DNA from: Candidatus Poribacteria bacterium
Lineage (GTDB): Bacteria > Poribacteria > WGA-4E > WGA-3G
Direction: 5' to 3'
Assembly (NCBI GenBank): GCA_965237835.1
Contig: OZ250160.1
Coordinates: 1,225,439 to 1,289,438 of the forward strand
DNA: 64,000 nucleotides
A program made the translations under genes and the position numbers. The number at the start of each line of letters is the position of its first letter. Position 1 is the first letter of the stretch. The notes below the pieces were generated by a model. The model ran no database searches, was not told where the DNA came from, and saw only the letters and a list, made by a program, of their open reading frames with translations. Shown here in pieces: positions 39,930 to 49,259 of this stretch.

Positions 39930-40703
39930 ATGCTTACGCGTAAACAGAAATTAGAATTCTATGAAAATGGTTATATAAAAGTTCCTGGTGTCGTGCCGAA
40001 GTTAATGATAGATGCTGCTCGCAAGACAATCAATCATTCTATCGGTGCTGTTGGACTGCATGAGGGGGACTTAGAAAAGTTTCGTGCACAATCGTATTGC
40101 AGCGAGATTAGGAAGGCACCGCAAATTGTGGATATTTTCAGTAAAACACCTATCCAAAATATCGCTGAATCGATGTTAGGTGAGGGAAATGTGCAAGTGC
40201 CAGGTTCAGGACAGATAGCACTTCGGTTTCCGATGCCGTTAGACCGCGATGCAAATGAACCACGCGGACACCTTGATGGATTAGGCAATGGATCAAACGG
40301 AATGGCGAAGGGTGTTTATCGGCGCGGTTTTACAGCGTTAGCAGTGGTATATCTGGCAGATGTTCCTGAACCGTATAGCGGTAACTTCACGGTATGGCCC
40401 AAAACACACAGTTTCTTTGCGGACTATTTTAAAAAGGAAGGGCATGAGGTTTTAGCAAATGGAATGCCACGACCAGAACTTCCTGAAGGTCCCACACAAA
40501 TAGTCGGCAAGGCTGGAGATGTCGTTCTGACACATCACCAGGTCGTCCACTCAGCAGCGCCGAATGCGTCCCCAGATGTCCGTTACGCGGTTATTTTTCG
40601 TGTGCGGCATGTTGACTGTGCCGAAAACAGTTATGATAGTTATACCGATATTTGGCGTGAATGGCCGGGAATTCAGGAAGCATTAGACGCGGCAAATAAC
40701 TAA
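39930..40703 (+). CDS. phytanoyl-CoA dioxygenase (PhyH) family Fe(II)/2-oxoglutarate oxygenase
   Basis: 257 aa; YENGYIKVPGV N-terminus, H-x-D and distal His typical of PhyH fold. Confidence 0.7.
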   Translation: MLTRKQKLEFYENGYIKVPGVVPKLMIDAARKTINHSIGAVGLHEGDLEKFRAQSYCSEIRKAPQIVDIFSKTPIQNIAESMLGEGNVQVPGSGQIALRFPMPLDRDANEPRGHLDGLGNGSNGMAKGVYRRGFTALAVVYLADVPEPYSGNFTVWPKTHSFFADYFKKEGHEVLANGMPRPELPEGPTQIVGKAGDVVLTHHQVVHSAAPNASPDVRYAVIFRVRHVDCAENSYDSYTDIWREWPGIQEALDAANN

Positions 40704-40762
40704 ACTTGCAGCTTAGGGAGAAATAAGAAACGGTTGCCCTGCGGAAATGCTTGTGTATAGTT

Positions 40763-41587
40763 CTATTTTGCGTTTTTAATTTCTCCCCATGTCATGCTCA
40801 ATTTGTCCACAGGTTCGACTGCAAATGGATCCCCATTGGATAAATAGAGGCTTTCCACCTCATCTGCAGAAAGTGCTCGGTGGAACATTAGGAACTCATC
40901 CATCAATCCTTTGAATGTCCACGACGCGGGAGTCGCGACACCATTAAATGCTGTGGCTTCAGAACCAACCCCGATGAATCCGTACCGTTGTAATTTCGGT
41001 CCGATCATTTTATTAGTAGTAGCTGTGGCTTCCTCTACATCCACTTTACCATCAACATAGATCCGCTTCATATCGGCATTAAAAGTTGCCACGACATGAT
41101 GCCATTGATCATCCGTAACTTTAACATTACCGTGCCAATCCTTTATAGGACAACAGACATCAAAAGCGATAAAGTCCGTTTGATCGATTGCAGCATCTCC
41201 AGCTGCAAAACGGAAATAGTCGCTTCGATCCCAAGAGGCAATCATCCCTCTATCAGCAGTCTTAATCCATACCGCGATGCTAAGTTCCGGTATACCTTCG
41301 GTATAATTGAGATTTCGCACTGAGATATATTCGGTTGCCCCACCAGGAAATTCCATACATTCGTTAAATTTTCCCTCGTCCACAATCTTGAGATCGTTAC
41401 CGTGGAGGAAGCCGTCATTCTCATTTCCGGACACATCTAAGATATCTTCACCCTTAAGGGAGGCATCGTCAAAACTATAATAGATGACCAGGTCTTTATC
41501 ACTTATGCTCCGCGCGTGGACAGTCAACGCAAGTACTGTTAGAATTAGTGTTAGCGTCAATAGTTGGAAAATCAAAGAGGTTTTCAT
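40763..41587 (-). CDS. secreted LamG/concanavalin A-like lectin domain protein (paralog 1)
   Basis: 274 aa, signal peptide; ~60% identical to 42209..43033 ORF. Confidence 0.7.
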   Translation of the reverse strand: MKTSLIFQLLTLTLILTVLALTVHARSISDKDLVIYYSFDDASLKGEDILDVSGNENDGFLHGNDLKIVDEGKFNECMEFPGGATEYISVRNLNYTEGIPELSIAVWIKTADRGMIASWDRSDYFRFAAGDAAIDQTDFIAFDVCCPIKDWHGNVKVTDDQWHHVVATFNADMKRIYVDGKVDVEEATATTNKMIGPKLQRYGFIGVGSEATAFNGVATPASWTFKGLMDEFLMFHRALSADEVESLYLSNGDPFAVEPVDKLSMTWGEIKNAK

Positions 41588-41602
41588 TTTAGGTCTCCTT
41601 AG

Positions 41603-41644
41603 TTATAGACAATTATAGACAAATTATAGACAATTATAGACACC
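41603..41644. promoter_or_regulatory. four direct ttatagaca iterons (10/11-bp spacing) immediately upstream of LamG paralog 1
   Basis: agttatagacaattatagacaaattatagacaattatagacacc, 16-57 bp upstream of the ATG; one copy (attatagaca, 43089-43098) plus ttataatta x2 upstream of paralog 2. Confidence 0.5.
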
Positions 41645-42208
41645 TTTATTAGGTGTATTAACTAAAGTCCCGTAGGTTGATTTGAACGAAACCCATCTCA
41701 TGTGATACCCATCAATTTACGTGGTGAGTGTTGGAATGTAAGATGTAACATTGCTGGTAGTAACACATTTCAATATGAACATTTAGCCGTATAGGTGGTA
41801 ATTGTTCCGTTCCCTACAGCGGAGCAATATATCTATTGAAAAGTCCTACTTGCTTCCGAGCCAACGGTACAAATTGAATACAATTCCTAAAACAACATAG
41901 TGTTTAAAAGTTCAATGACGATAATGATTTGCCTGTTTAGGCGGTACTAAAGTTGGGCAATTTACGCGCCATTCAGGTAGACTTCTCAAGGTAATGTCTG
42001 TTTTCACCAAAAACCTGTTATATTTTCTGCGATTTTGCTGATTGGAAGAACTCCCTGAAAAATACATCTTGGCATGGCAGTCCGAGCGGGGCGACAGATG
42101 TATAGAAGATAATTAAGTTAATGTCTAAGATGTTTCCATTTTACCTCTCTACACATTGAAGTCCTTTAAAATTTGTCCAAACTTTAGTAGGTGGTAACTT
42201 GGGTTATT

Positions 42209-43033
42209 TTATTTCGTGCTCTTAATCTTTCCCCACGTAATACTCAATTTCTCCGCGGGTTCAATAGCAAATGGATTCCCAGACGCATTCGCAAGACTTC
42301 CAACCTCCTCTGCAGAAAGTGCTCGGTGGAACATTAGGAACTCATCCATCAACCCTTTGAAAGCCCAAAAAGGTCCAGTGGTTCCATCAAAAGTCACAGC
42401 TTCTGAACCAATTCCGATAAATCCGTAACGTGTCACAGCCTTTCCTATCATTTTGTTGTTTGTGTCTGTGGGTACCTCCACATCCAATTCACCGTCAACG
42501 TATATCCGTTTCATCTCAGCATCAAAGGTTGCAACAAGATGATGCCAATTGTCATCAGTGACATCAATTTTACTCCACCAATCCTTTATAGGGCAACAAA
42601 CATCAAAAGCAACAAAGGTTGTGGCTGCGTTCCCACCTATGTCATCGCCTACAGCAAAACGGAAGAATTCACTTCGATCCCAAGAGGCAATCAGACCTCT
42701 TTGCGCTGTCTTAACCCATACCGCGAGCGACAGTTCCGGAAATACGTCGGTATAATGATGGTTTCGCACCGCAATGTAATCAGATGCCGCCCCCGGAAAC
42801 TCCATACCATCGTTAACTTTGCCCTCAACAATTTTGAGATTGCTGCCGTTGAGCAAACCGTGATTCTCATTTCCGGATCCGTCCAAGATATCTCCATCTT
42901 TATGGGTGTCCTCGTTGAAACTGTAATAGATGATGAGTTCATCTGTGCTGATTCCCTGCGCGTGGGCAGTCAACGTTGTAACAGTCAGTATTAGCGTTAG
43001 CGTCAAAAGTGTAATAAAAAAATAGGTTTTCAT
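42209..43033 (-). CDS. secreted LamG/concanavalin A-like lectin domain protein (paralog 2)
   Basis: Start taken at MKTYFFITLL (43033); signal peptide. Confidence 0.7.
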   Translation of the reverse strand: MKTYFFITLLTLTLILTVTTLTAHAQGISTDELIIYYSFNEDTHKDGDILDGSGNENHGLLNGSNLKIVEGKVNDGMEFPGAASDYIAVRNHHYTDVFPELSLAVWVKTAQRGLIASWDRSEFFRFAVGDDIGGNAATTFVAFDVCCPIKDWWSKIDVTDDNWHHLVATFDAEMKRIYVDGELDVEVPTDTNNKMIGKAVTRYGFIGIGSEAVTFDGTTGPFWAFKGLMDEFLMFHRALSAEEVGSLANASGNPFAIEPAEKLSITWGKIKSTK

Positions 43034-43187
43034 TTCAGTTCTCCTTTTATAATTATTATAATTAATAGGCGCGTTTACAAGCGCGCAGATTATAGACAGT
43101 TTAAGAATATCCACCCACACCTAACAACAATAGTTGCCTCGCTACGTTCTTAATCCATGTAATGCGAGAAGTTACCTAAACATTGCA

Positions 43188-43994
43188 TTACCCTTTCAAA
43201 AAATCTCCAGGGATGCGCGATCCGGGATAATTCCCATTTTCATCTCGATTAGCAATCGGTTCAGGAATCTCGTGATCCCAATAGTCAGGGACGGTGTTTG
43301 GTCTGCTATGCCATGCAAGGATCAAGGTTCGGCGTTTATCAGTATGATTTTTGTGGGCAGCGTGCAAGAGCCTTGCATCTGCGATCACCAATGATCCCGC
43401 TTTTGCGTACACATCTACCTGGTCTGGGTGATCACTGAACATGATGGGATGGTTCTCATCAACAAACCGTGCCCCTTGTTCATGTGCGGGTACTAACTCA
43501 TCATGCAAATCAATGCGCTTGAGATGTGTGCCGGGAACCACCTTTAGGCAACCATTTTCAGGTGTAGTATCTGCCAGATAGTAATTAAGAAAGATGGTTT
43601 GGGGCCAGGGTGCACAACTGAGCGGGTCATTCCAACGCATCCAGTCTTGATGCCAATAGAGTGCGGGTCCGCCAGATTCTTTCGTTAAGATAATAATTCC
43701 GCCAGAAGCCATGAAATCTCCGAAACCTATCTGTTCCAGCGCGTCCCAGGATGGTTGCCATTTCAGTAACTTCTCAATGTAAGGGTTATCTGCTCCGCGT
43801 ACATTCACGTGTTGTCCTTGATAGACTAAATCCGCAGGTTCAACGTGGTTTGTGATGAGTCGTTCCGATTCATCGTGCAGTTCCTGCAAGAATTCATCTG
43901 TCAAAATATCGTCAACAATGCAGAAACCGTCACGCAGCATCTGTTCCCGTTTTTCTAAAGCGACTTCAGGTATCATCCAATTAATGCTCCTCAA
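43188..43994 (-). CDS. PhyH-family dioxygenase
   Basis: 268 aa; WHQD (H-x-D) and LLHAAHKN His motif; alternative start MIPEV at 43976. Confidence 0.75.
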   Translation of the reverse strand: MRSINWMIPEVALEKREQMLRDGFCIVDDILTDEFLQELHDESERLITNHVEPADLVYQGQHVNVRGADNPYIEKLLKWQPSWDALEQIGFGDFMASGGIIILTKESGGPALYWHQDWMRWNDPLSCAPWPQTIFLNYYLADTTPENGCLKVVPGTHLKRIDLHDELVPAHEQGARFVDENHPIMFSDHPDQVDVYAKAGSLVIADARLLHAAHKNHTDKRRTLILAWHSRPNTVPDYWDHEIPEPIANRDENGNYPGSRIPGDFLKG

Positions 43995-44126
43995 GTTTGA
44001 AATTATCCAATTTTACACAAAATTGATTGAAAATACAACATTTTTTTTTATTTTCGGTTTGAGAAGTCTAAATTACAGTGTAAGGCTAGTCAAGAGTTGT
44101 AATTCTTAATGAAGGAAGTATCGTTG

Positions 44127-44155
44127 TTGAAATTCATTATGTTCCATGCTATACT
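44127..44155 (+). promoter_or_regulatory. sigma70-like promoter (TTGAAA-17-TATACT) for the MNT-HEPN gene
   Basis: -35 TTGAAA 44127-44132, 17-nt spacer, -10 TATACT 44150-44155, ~38 bp upstream of ATG. Confidence 0.5.
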
Positions 44156-44193
44156 TTCAAAAAAGGAGACATTGGTCAAAGGAGACATTGGTC

Positions 44194-44928
44194 ATGGTAA
44201 CTCAAAAAGACATTCAAGCCACATGTGACGACATCGTGCGTGAATTTGCGCCTCTTCAGATTATTCTGTTTGGCTCTTATGCGTATGGTACACCTTCGGA
44301 CGACTCGGATGTTGATTTGCTGGTAGTGATGGATATTCCTGAATCGGAAACACGACGTCAAGCGGTGAAAATTCAGGAACGTCTCCCGCGTCGTTTCAGT
44401 ATGGATCTGCTTGTACGTTCATCGGATGAGATGGCATTTCGCATTTCACATAACGACTGGTTTCTCCGAGAGATCACAGAAAGAGGTAAAATACTATTTG
44501 GAAATGTTAGTTTTTTCACGAAACCCTTCAAAAAGAAAGAAGGCGATATGAATCCATTAACACTTGAGTGGGTCCAGAAAGCCGAAGACTTTTATGCTAT
44601 AGCAAAAGAGAATCAGTTCCAGCGTGATCCGATTCATGATATTATCTACTTTTATGCGCAACAGTGTGCCGAAAATTATCTTAAGGCCTGGTTGCAAGAA
44701 GCGAATATACCCTTTTCAAAGATACACAATTTGAAAGAGTTGTTAGTTTTGATTGTACCTATGATCCCTGCTTGGTCAGTTTGGGAAACAGATCTATCAA
44801 CGCTTTCTAAACATGCTGTAGAATTCCGATATCCCGGAAAGTGGGCAACTGTGAATGACGTTCAGTATGCAATGAAAATCTGTGTTCAGGTTCGGGAAGC
44901 GGTGCGGGAAACGTTGAAACTATCGTAA
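44194..44928 (+). CDS. fused nucleotidyltransferase (MNT) - HEPN domain protein
   Basis: GSYAYGTPSDDSDVDLLVV nucleotidyltransferase motif at the N-terminus; helical HEPN-like C-terminal half; 16-bp RBS-containing duplication at 44163-44194. Confidence 0.7.
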   Translation: MVTQKDIQATCDDIVREFAPLQIILFGSYAYGTPSDDSDVDLLVVMDIPESETRRQAVKIQERLPRRFSMDLLVRSSDEMAFRISHNDWFLREITERGKILFGNVSFFTKPFKKKEGDMNPLTLEWVQKAEDFYAIAKENQFQRDPIHDIIYFYAQQCAENYLKAWLQEANIPFSKIHNLKELLVLIVPMIPAWSVWETDLSTLSKHAVEFRYPGKWATVNDVQYAMKICVQVREAVRETLKLS

Positions 44929-44954
44929 ATTCAAATAGAAAGGCAGGTTAGTCT

Positions 44955-45770
44955 GTGAACGCCGGAAAAACAATCAATATACCTAAGCTTGAACTTTCTC
45001 CTCAGGAACGGGCTGAAAGCAAGCTTACACCAGAGAACCTTGATGCTGCCACGCGTCTTTTACGCGAGACAGGATTAGTTGTTATTGAGAGTGTTCTCCC
45101 ACGCGATTGGATAGAAGAGGTTAACGTTGCGATGCAAGCAGGGCTTGATATGGAAGAAGATGACCAAAACGGTGAAAACCCGATGTTGAAAATGCCGTTC
45201 ATGGATGCACGTATTATTGACAACCCTTTTGCAATGCCGATAATGAAAGCTGCGATGGGTGAGAAGATTTTCGCGTATTTGCCCTACGGATGCAACTCAA
45301 CCTCTCCAGGATCCGAGATACAATGGATTCATAGAGATTCTGGTCAGCTCTTCCCAGAATTACCGTTCGCGTTGCCTGTTTCAACAATTGTTGTGAACAT
45401 TCCACTCGTTGATTTTACAGTTGAAAACGGTGCTACAGAGGTATGGCCCGGGTCACATCTTATCGTTGATGACGTGGCAGTACGCAATACACCGTACAAC
45501 GTTTGTGAGGAAACTCGTGCGGCACAACTCCCGTCTTTTCAGTTAGTGATGCCTGCGGGTTCGGTTGTGGTGCGTGATATGCGGTGCTGGCACCGAGCAA
45601 TGCCGAATCGAACACAAATTCACCGTCCTATGCTCGCTCTCGTCTATTTCCGAAGGTTTCATCATTCACCCAATGCACCGAACATATTCAACGCACGGGT
45701 TTCAGAAGAAATATGGATGGATATGTCCGAAGATGCACAAGAAGTTTATCGATTTCAGGCGCACGATTAG
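44955..45770 (+). CDS. PhyH-family dioxygenase
   Basis: 271 aa; WIHRDSG (H-x-D), WHRAMPN distal His. Confidence 0.7.
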   Translation: MNAGKTINIPKLELSPQERAESKLTPENLDAATRLLRETGLVVIESVLPRDWIEEVNVAMQAGLDMEEDDQNGENPMLKMPFMDARIIDNPFAMPIMKAAMGEKIFAYLPYGCNSTSPGSEIQWIHRDSGQLFPELPFALPVSTIVVNIPLVDFTVENGATEVWPGSHLIVDDVAVRNTPYNVCEETRAAQLPSFQLVMPAGSVVVRDMRCWHRAMPNRTQIHRPMLALVYFRRFHHSPNAPNIFNARVSEEIWMDMSEDAQEVYRFQAHD

Positions 45771-45789
45771 GAGGAAAATATGAAGGGAA

Positions 45790-46075
45790 TTATCTGACAA
45801 TCCCACTGCTTTAGCCGTGGGTCAAAAAACTTATGACATTTGCACCAAAACATGTTAGACTATATGTCCCATCGTGGATAGGGTTTCCACCCCGGACAAC
45901 CTGTATGGGTCCTATCCCTCACCTGTGGAAAGGTGTGTGATGCTGTGCGAAATCACTTAAAACATTAGAATGTGGTAGAGAAAAACTAATGTCCGTTGTT
46001 ACTACAACGACCCTACCACATTCGCTAACAACCTACCGTGGGATACACGGAAAGTTACGCCTGTGGAGTACAAAT
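45790..46075 (+). mobile_element. tnpB-less IS605-family derivative (inverted copy of 35880..36200)
   Basis: caatcccactgctttagccgtgggtc hairpin, cgcctgtggagtac right-end module; family-B element inserted at its right end. Confidence 0.65.
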
Positions 46076-46077
46076 AA

Positions 46078-46168
46078 GACCCAATTAACCCAATTCGTAG
46101 CGTGAGGTCCCCGTGCCTCACAATGCTTGACTTTATCAGAAAACTTCAAATCAAGTTAATTTGGTATA
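46078..46168. repeat. family-B MITE-like element
   Basis: cccaattaacccaattcgtagcgtgaggtccccgtgcctcacaatgc...caagttaatttggtataat. Confidence 0.8.
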
Positions 46169-46186
46169 ATAGCAAAACTGAAATGT

Positions 46187-46378
46187 GTGAAACGGTCTTC
46201 AATCAACAAAGGAAAGCAAAACGATATTGAGAAGGATATGGAGTTAGTTATTTTTGTTTCATCTATTGTAATTTCGGCTATTCTCATCATGATACGTGGA
46301 GAACTCAAGGATATTGGTGAAAGTCTACACGAGATTGGGAAACATCTTGACCGAATTAATAGGAAAGATGGAAGTTGA
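46187..46378 (+). CDS. small hypothetical membrane protein
   Basis: 63 aa, one TM helix; weak. Confidence 0.3.
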   Translation: MKRSSINKGKQNDIEKDMELVIFVSSIVISAILIMIRGELKDIGESLHEIGKHLDRINRKDGS

Positions 46379-46512
46379 CAAACAGACAGAATCGAGCGGT
46401 GAAACTACGCAGTCGATCTCTCTGCCCGATCCTCTGTTAGGACAGTTGGCTCACAGTATTCCTTAACCTGCACATCTGAAATTTGCGGTTGGGTAGAACG
46501 CAGCTAAACCAA

Positions 46513-47364
46513 ATGGCACAAAATTACGATAATATGGCAAAAAATCTGTTAACAGATTATGCCACCGAAATCTCACAGTTTGTACTCGGTGTGAAAGATG
46601 TTAAAGTCCTTGAAAATCTTGACACTGAACAACAGACTATTATAGGACAACACACTGATAGCACAAAACGTGTCCGTGTCAATAACCACGAAGTTATTTT
46701 GCACATAGAGCTGCAACTCCGCGATAGCACGCGCAAACCGATGTGGGCACGAAACGCAGCGTATCACGGATACCTCGTCGGTGAACATCAGATGCCTGTC
46801 TACTCCAACGTCATCTATTTCCATCCAAATGCTGGAAGGAATGACACCGGAATATACGAATATAGTTGGCGCGGTTACAAATACACCTTGCACTACAAAG
46901 TGATACGACTTATTGAGATAGACGGTCAATCGGTTTTGGAAATGCAGGCACCAGGCATGCTGCCATTTACGCCTCTCATGAAACCGCCTACGGGGATGAA
47001 CGCTGAACAGTGGGTGCAACAATGTGTTGATGCGACAACTGCCGCCTCTGTCGATCAGCGAACACATGCAGATTTACTTTATGCTATTTATCTCTTCGGA
47101 TGCATAGCACACGATCCTGAACTTTTTAAACGAATTATACCGGAGGAAATTATGCGAGAATCTAAGGCTTTTCAACTTATCTTAAGAGAGACTACCATCA
47201 AACATATCTTGGCATTATTGCAGGTGAAATTCCAGGCAGAAGCAGTGAGTGCGCTAACACCAGCACTTGAAAACATTGACGATTTACAACGTCTTGAACA
47301 GTTGCTTCTTGATGCAGCGCAGGTAGAAAGCCTTGAAGCCTTCACACAAATGCTACAGGAGTAG
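46513..47364 (+). CDS. Rpn-family (YhgA-like) PD-(D/E)XK recombination-promoting nuclease/putative transposase with DUF4351-like C-terminus
   Basis: N-terminal PD-(D/E)XK region; C-terminal LQRLEQLLLDAAQVESLEAFTQMLQE resembles DUF4351. Confidence 0.65.
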   Translation: MAQNYDNMAKNLLTDYATEISQFVLGVKDVKVLENLDTEQQTIIGQHTDSTKRVRVNNHEVILHIELQLRDSTRKPMWARNAAYHGYLVGEHQMPVYSNVIYFHPNAGRNDTGIYEYSWRGYKYTLHYKVIRLIEIDGQSVLEMQAPGMLPFTPLMKPPTGMNAEQWVQQCVDATTAASVDQRTHADLLYAIYLFGCIAHDPELFKRIIPEEIMRESKAFQLILRETTIKHILALLQVKFQAEAVSALTPALENIDDLQRLEQLLLDAAQVESLEAFTQMLQE

Positions 47365-47433
47365 ATTGAACGGTAGCAACAGAATAGACATCTACTTGTA
47401 AGCGCACTGTTAATAGTGTCCAAGAATTATAGT

Positions 47434-47724
47434 TTATGAAGTTTAAGTATTTAATTCGGTAAAGCCGGTTTTCCCCAGGGCCGGTAGGTGCGGTTTCCTA
47501 ACCGCACCATAAGCGTCAATTTAGTGATCCTCCAGGTCCGGTAGGTGCGGTTAGGAAACCGCCCCGTTTCGTTTTCGCAACTGATTATCGGACGCATATT
47601 CCATAAGTTCCGGTGTGGTTACAAACCGCACCTACCGGGTTGGGGACCGCTAAATTGACGCATAAGGGGCGGTTTCCTAACCGCACCGATAGATTGGAAT
47701 CCCGTTAATTTGGTATAAGACCTC
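47434..47724. repeat. family-A MITE-like element with two GGTGCGGTTTCCTAACCGCACC-type hairpins
   Basis: Same termini as 11300 and 48762 elements; ends cccgttaatttggtata. Confidence 0.8.
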
Positions 47725-47830
47725 ATTCGGAGGCACGAGAGACGGAAGCAGGAATCACATAGGAGAGTTGTGTGCAAAAGAAGCACACGGCTTTAGCCGT
47801 CGTGAGTATCACACGTACTCTGCTTATTCA
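47722..47830 (+). repeat. solo IS605 right-end (omega-RNA-scaffold-like) module
   Basis: ggcacgagagacggaagcaggaatcaca.agga...gttgtgtgcaaaagaagcacacggcttt...cgtcgtgagtatcac ~85% identical to reverse complement of 23286-23385 (upstream of dop); supplies the first ~22 codons of ORF 47772. Confidence 0.65.
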
Positions 47831-47837
47831 TCCAGAT

Positions 47838-48704
47838 ATGTCCGATATTGATAGAGAACACGGGTTTGCCAATATCAATGGTCCTTCGCTTGTTCGTGTG
47901 CCAGAGTGGGTAGAAAACCCGTTGGGTAAATACTATCTCTACTTTGCACACCATCGCGGCACTTATATCCGTTTGGCTTATGCTGATGAAATTGAGGGAC
48001 CCTATACCGTCTATCGTTTTGGCACATTGCATCGTGATAACACTGTCTTTCGGGGATGCGACCACATTGCTTCACCAGATGTTCATATAGATGAGGAAAA
48101 CCGCCGCTTTATTATGTATTTTCACGGAAATTATCGCGGTGGACAAGCAACATGTTGGGCGACATCTCCAGATGGCATTTATTACACAGCAACGGAATCG
48201 TTAGAGAAGCAGCAAGGACCTTATTTTCGTGTCTTTTGGTGGAAAGGTCTTCCTTATGCAACAAATCACAACATGCTAAACCGCGGTAAGACTGCTGAAT
48301 GGACGACTGTGTTTGAAAGACGCGCTGCTCCGCTTTTTCCTGGAGAACCGGGTAAAGGTAGAGATGGAACCCCACGGCATACTGCTAATCATCTTGTGGG
48401 GGATACGTTGACCGTTTATTATTCGCTTTACGGGGATACTCCGGAACGGATTTTAAAAAGCACAGTGGAGCTGACAGAAGATTGGAACGATTGGCATCCA
48501 TCCGCACCGACAGAGGTTATCGCACCAAAATACGATTTTGAGGGGGTGGATATTCCGATTGTTCCTTCAACGAATGGGCTTGACAGGGAACGTGTGCATC
48601 AACTCCGTGACCCAGATATCTATTGTGAGGATGGGGAGATGTGGCTTCTCTATTCTGTGGCTGGTGAACAGGGCATCGCGATTACGAAACTTTCTTCTGA
48701 ATAG
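47838..48704 (+). CDS. putative glycoside hydrolase-like beta-propeller protein
   Basis: Start moved to MSDIDREHG (47838) because 47772-47837 is repeat-derived; five-bladed propeller-like motifs (LRDPDIYCEDGEMWLLYSVAG); family uncertain. Confidence 0.5.
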   Translation: MSDIDREHGFANINGPSLVRVPEWVENPLGKYYLYFAHHRGTYIRLAYADEIEGPYTVYRFGTLHRDNTVFRGCDHIASPDVHIDEENRRFIMYFHGNYRGGQATCWATSPDGIYYTATESLEKQQGPYFRVFWWKGLPYATNHNMLNRGKTAEWTTVFERRAAPLFPGEPGKGRDGTPRHTANHLVGDTLTVYYSLYGDTPERILKSTVELTEDWNDWHPSAPTEVIAPKYDFEGVDIPIVPSTNGLDRERVHQLRDPDIYCEDGEMWLLYSVAGEQGIAITKLSSE

Positions 48705-48761
48705 TTTTAGGAGGAGGAACTTTGTAGTGCTGTTTATTATAACTTGCAATGCTAACGTAAT

Positions 48762-49153
48762 AATACCAAATTAACGGGATTTATCTTATTTTCCGGACGG
48801 TAGGTGCGGTTTCCTAACCGAACCATAGGCGTCAATTTAGTGCGTCTGATACACCTTTCGCCTCTCCGAGGCTTTGGTAAATCACATCTTAGCACCAGCG
48901 GTGCGACAGGTATATAGAAAACGGTGTAAAAAGTCTCTTGAACCCCAGCGGGGTGACAGGTGTCTGACAACATGTGCCCATATACACCTTTCGCCCCGCT
49001 GGGGCTTGAGTTTGGTATGGATCGTGGTCTATACACATTCCGCCCCGCTGGGGCTAAGATATTCAAAATATAGGTTTATTTCCTTAAATTGACGCCTATG
49101 GTGCGGTTTCCTAACCGAACCGATAGATTGGAATCAAGTTAATTTGGTATAAA
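48762..49153. repeat. family-A MITE-like element with internal CCCCAGCGGGG palindromic modules
   Basis: Termini ataccaaattaacgggatt...GGTGCGGTTTCCTAACCGAACC and reverse; interior differs from the 11300 copy. Confidence 0.8.
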
Positions 49154-49259
49154 GAGGGTTTCTCATACTCGGAAAGTCCTTAAATTGACACATAAGGGTA
49201 GAGCGAAGCGACACCCGACGGACGATATATCTAAGTTGATGCATAAGGTGGCAAAAACT

